In this document: piece by piece, positions 61,876 through 64,000 of the stretch | Position numbering within the stretch: the first letter of the stretch is position 1 | Layout of the letters: each line of letters starts with the position of its first letter | From: Squalus acanthias | Taxonomy: Eukaryota | Direction of reading: 5' to 3' | NCBI GenBank assembly: GCA_030390025.1 | Contig: CM059432.1 | Coordinates: 38,566,001-38,630,000 of the forward strand | Length of the DNA: 64,000 nt | Translations under genes and position numbers: made by a program | The notes under the pieces: model-generated | Told to the model about the DNA's origin: nothing | Database searches by the model: none | Seen by the model: the letters and a program-made list of their open reading frames with translations, nothing else

Positions 61876-62729
61876 CTATCAGCATTTAACATAGTAAAAC
61901 ATCCCAAGGAGCTTCACAGCAGTATAATCAGACAAAACAAATTGGCACCAAGCCAAAGAAGGAGATAGGACAGGTCAAAAAGCTCGATGAGAAAGGTAGC
62001 TTTTCAGCAGTGTCATAAACGCTGGGAGGCTGGGGGTGGGAATTTCAGAGCTTAGGGCCTAAACGGATGAAGGCACTGCCAAAATTCATCAGTAAAATAT
62101 TAAGCAACATTACAGGAATTGATCCACAAAAAGTTAGTATATATACCCTTTTTAAAAAGTTGCCTTTTTTAAGCTTCTTGAAATGTTAACCCAATCAGTT
62201 GCGCCTTCTCTTTCCTTCATACAGTTTTGAAATCCTTGCCAGAACTAAAGACTAGCATCTATAATGGATAAATTTATTCCATGGACCCTCTTTAAGGTAA
62301 TGCATTTTTTTTTTGAAGTGTTAACAGTCTTCACATCTTGGTAGACAATGATGTTTTCACACGTGACCGCAATTGCAAAATGGCATACATGTCAGTCACA
62401 GCTACATCCATTAACATTTTAAACTTGCTGCCCAGCAAAGACTTTTATCTTAATTGGCTCCTGACAAAAATCATTTCCCTTTCTCACAGACTTGCTGTCT
62501 ACCATTTTGTACATAGTAAAGTGAGCATCTTCCCTCTATGTAGTCTCAGGTCAGGTATAACAGTTAGATACACAGTAAAGTTCCTTTGACTCTGCCACAG
62601 TAAAGTGCCAGCCCCAACCTCGGAAAACACATCCTGTGGCCTATCTGAATGAGATTATCAATTTTGTGCTGAGTTAGAAATAGCTTTGTTCTGTGGACTC
62701 ACAGTGACCAGAGACTAGATTGAGATTAC

Positions 62730-64000
62730 ACATAAGAACATAAGAACATAAGAAATAGAAGCAGGAGTAGGCCAATTGGCCCCTCGAGCCTGCTCCGCCA
62801 TTCAGTAAGATCATGGCTGATCTGATCCTAACTGCCAATCTACTATCACAGAACCATCTCCTGAACCTAACAGAATTGGACACATGAAATAGGAGCAGGA
62901 CCAGGCTACATGGCCCCTGGGCCCGCTACGCTACCCACAGGGCCATGACCGATCCGAACCTAGACTCATGTCCAAATTCCTGCCCGCTCCCCGTAACCCT
63001 TAATTCCCTTTACTTCTAGGAAACTGTCTATTTCTGTTTTAAATTTATGTAATGATGTAGCTTCTACAGCTTTTTGGGGCAGCATATTCCATGGACCTAC
63101 CACCCTCTGAGTGAAGTAGTTCCTTCTCATCTCAGTTTTGAAAGAGCAGCCCCTTATTCTAAGACTATGCCCCCTAGTTCTAGTTTCACCCATCATTGGG
63201 AACATCCTCCCCGCATCCACCCGATCCAACCCCTTCACAATCTTATATGTTTCAATAAGATCGCCTCTCATTCTTCTGAACTCCAATGAGTAGAGTCCCA
63301 ATCTACCCAACCTCTCCTCATATGTCCATCCCCTCATCCCCGGGATTAACCGAGTGAACCTTCTTTGTACTGACTCGAGAGCAAGTATGTCTTTTCTTAA
63401 GTATGGACAGCAAAACTGTATGCAGTATTCCAGGTGCGGTCTCACCAATACCTTGTACAACTGAAGCAATACCTCCCTATTTTTATATTCTATCCCCCTA
63501 GCAATGAAAGCCAACATTCCATTGGCCTTCTTAATCACTTGCTGCACCTGCATACTAACCTTTTGAGTTTCGTGCACCAGGACCCCCAGATCCCTTTGTA
63601 CTTCAGTACTTTCCAGTTTCTTGCCATTAAGATAATAACTTGCTCTACTATTTTTCCTGCCAAAGTGCATAACCTCACACTTTCCAGTGTTGTATTCCAT
63701 CTGCCAAATCTCTGCCCACTTACTTAGCCTGTCTATGTCCCCTTGCAGATTTTTTATGTCTCCTCACTCACTACTTTCCCTCCCATCTTAGTATCATCTG
63801 CAAACTTTGATATGTTACACTCGGTCCCCTCCTCCAAATCGTTAATATAGATTGTAAAGAGTTGGGGACCCAGCACTGACCCCTGCGGAACACCATTAGT
63901 TACTGATTGCCAGTCTGAGAATGAACCATTTATCCCAACTCTCTGCCTTCTGTTAGATAGCCAATCCTCTATCCATGCCAGAATATTACCCCCAATCCCG
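62730..64000 (-). mobile_element. CR1 3' tail (62730-62830) plus a CR1 RT and 3' region running off the window end
   Basis: (CATAAGAA)n tail; ORF 62966-63700 and upstream [17 protein letters not shown]. Confidence 0.9.

Overview
Vertebrate genomic DNA, very probably from a shark or ray (HE1-like V-SINEs and DeuSINE-like SINEs). It is dominated by nested transposable elements, and I recognised no host gene exon. Contents: (1) many CR1-clade LINE pieces, including one near-complete ORF2 copy split by six later insertions and one young copy with a 5' inversion; (2) a second L2/CR1-superfamily LINE family and an RTE fragment; (3) a full-length Ty3/Gypsy LTR retrotransposon with 238-bp LTRs, a tRNA-Trp PBS and a CTGC TSD; (4) two Penelope-like insertions with inverted pseudo-LTRs and minimal hammerhead ribozyme motifs; (5) a PIF/Harbinger community. 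The Harbinger community includes one coding core (intact DDE transposase plus a spliced Myb/SANT gene) that lacks both termini but sits between two related MITEs, several decayed copies and several MITE families. One MITE family conserves hairpins with compensatory changes, NRF1/ETS-like motifs and a cluster of splice signals. Family names come from motif recognition, not database searches. Boundaries of old elements are approximate.
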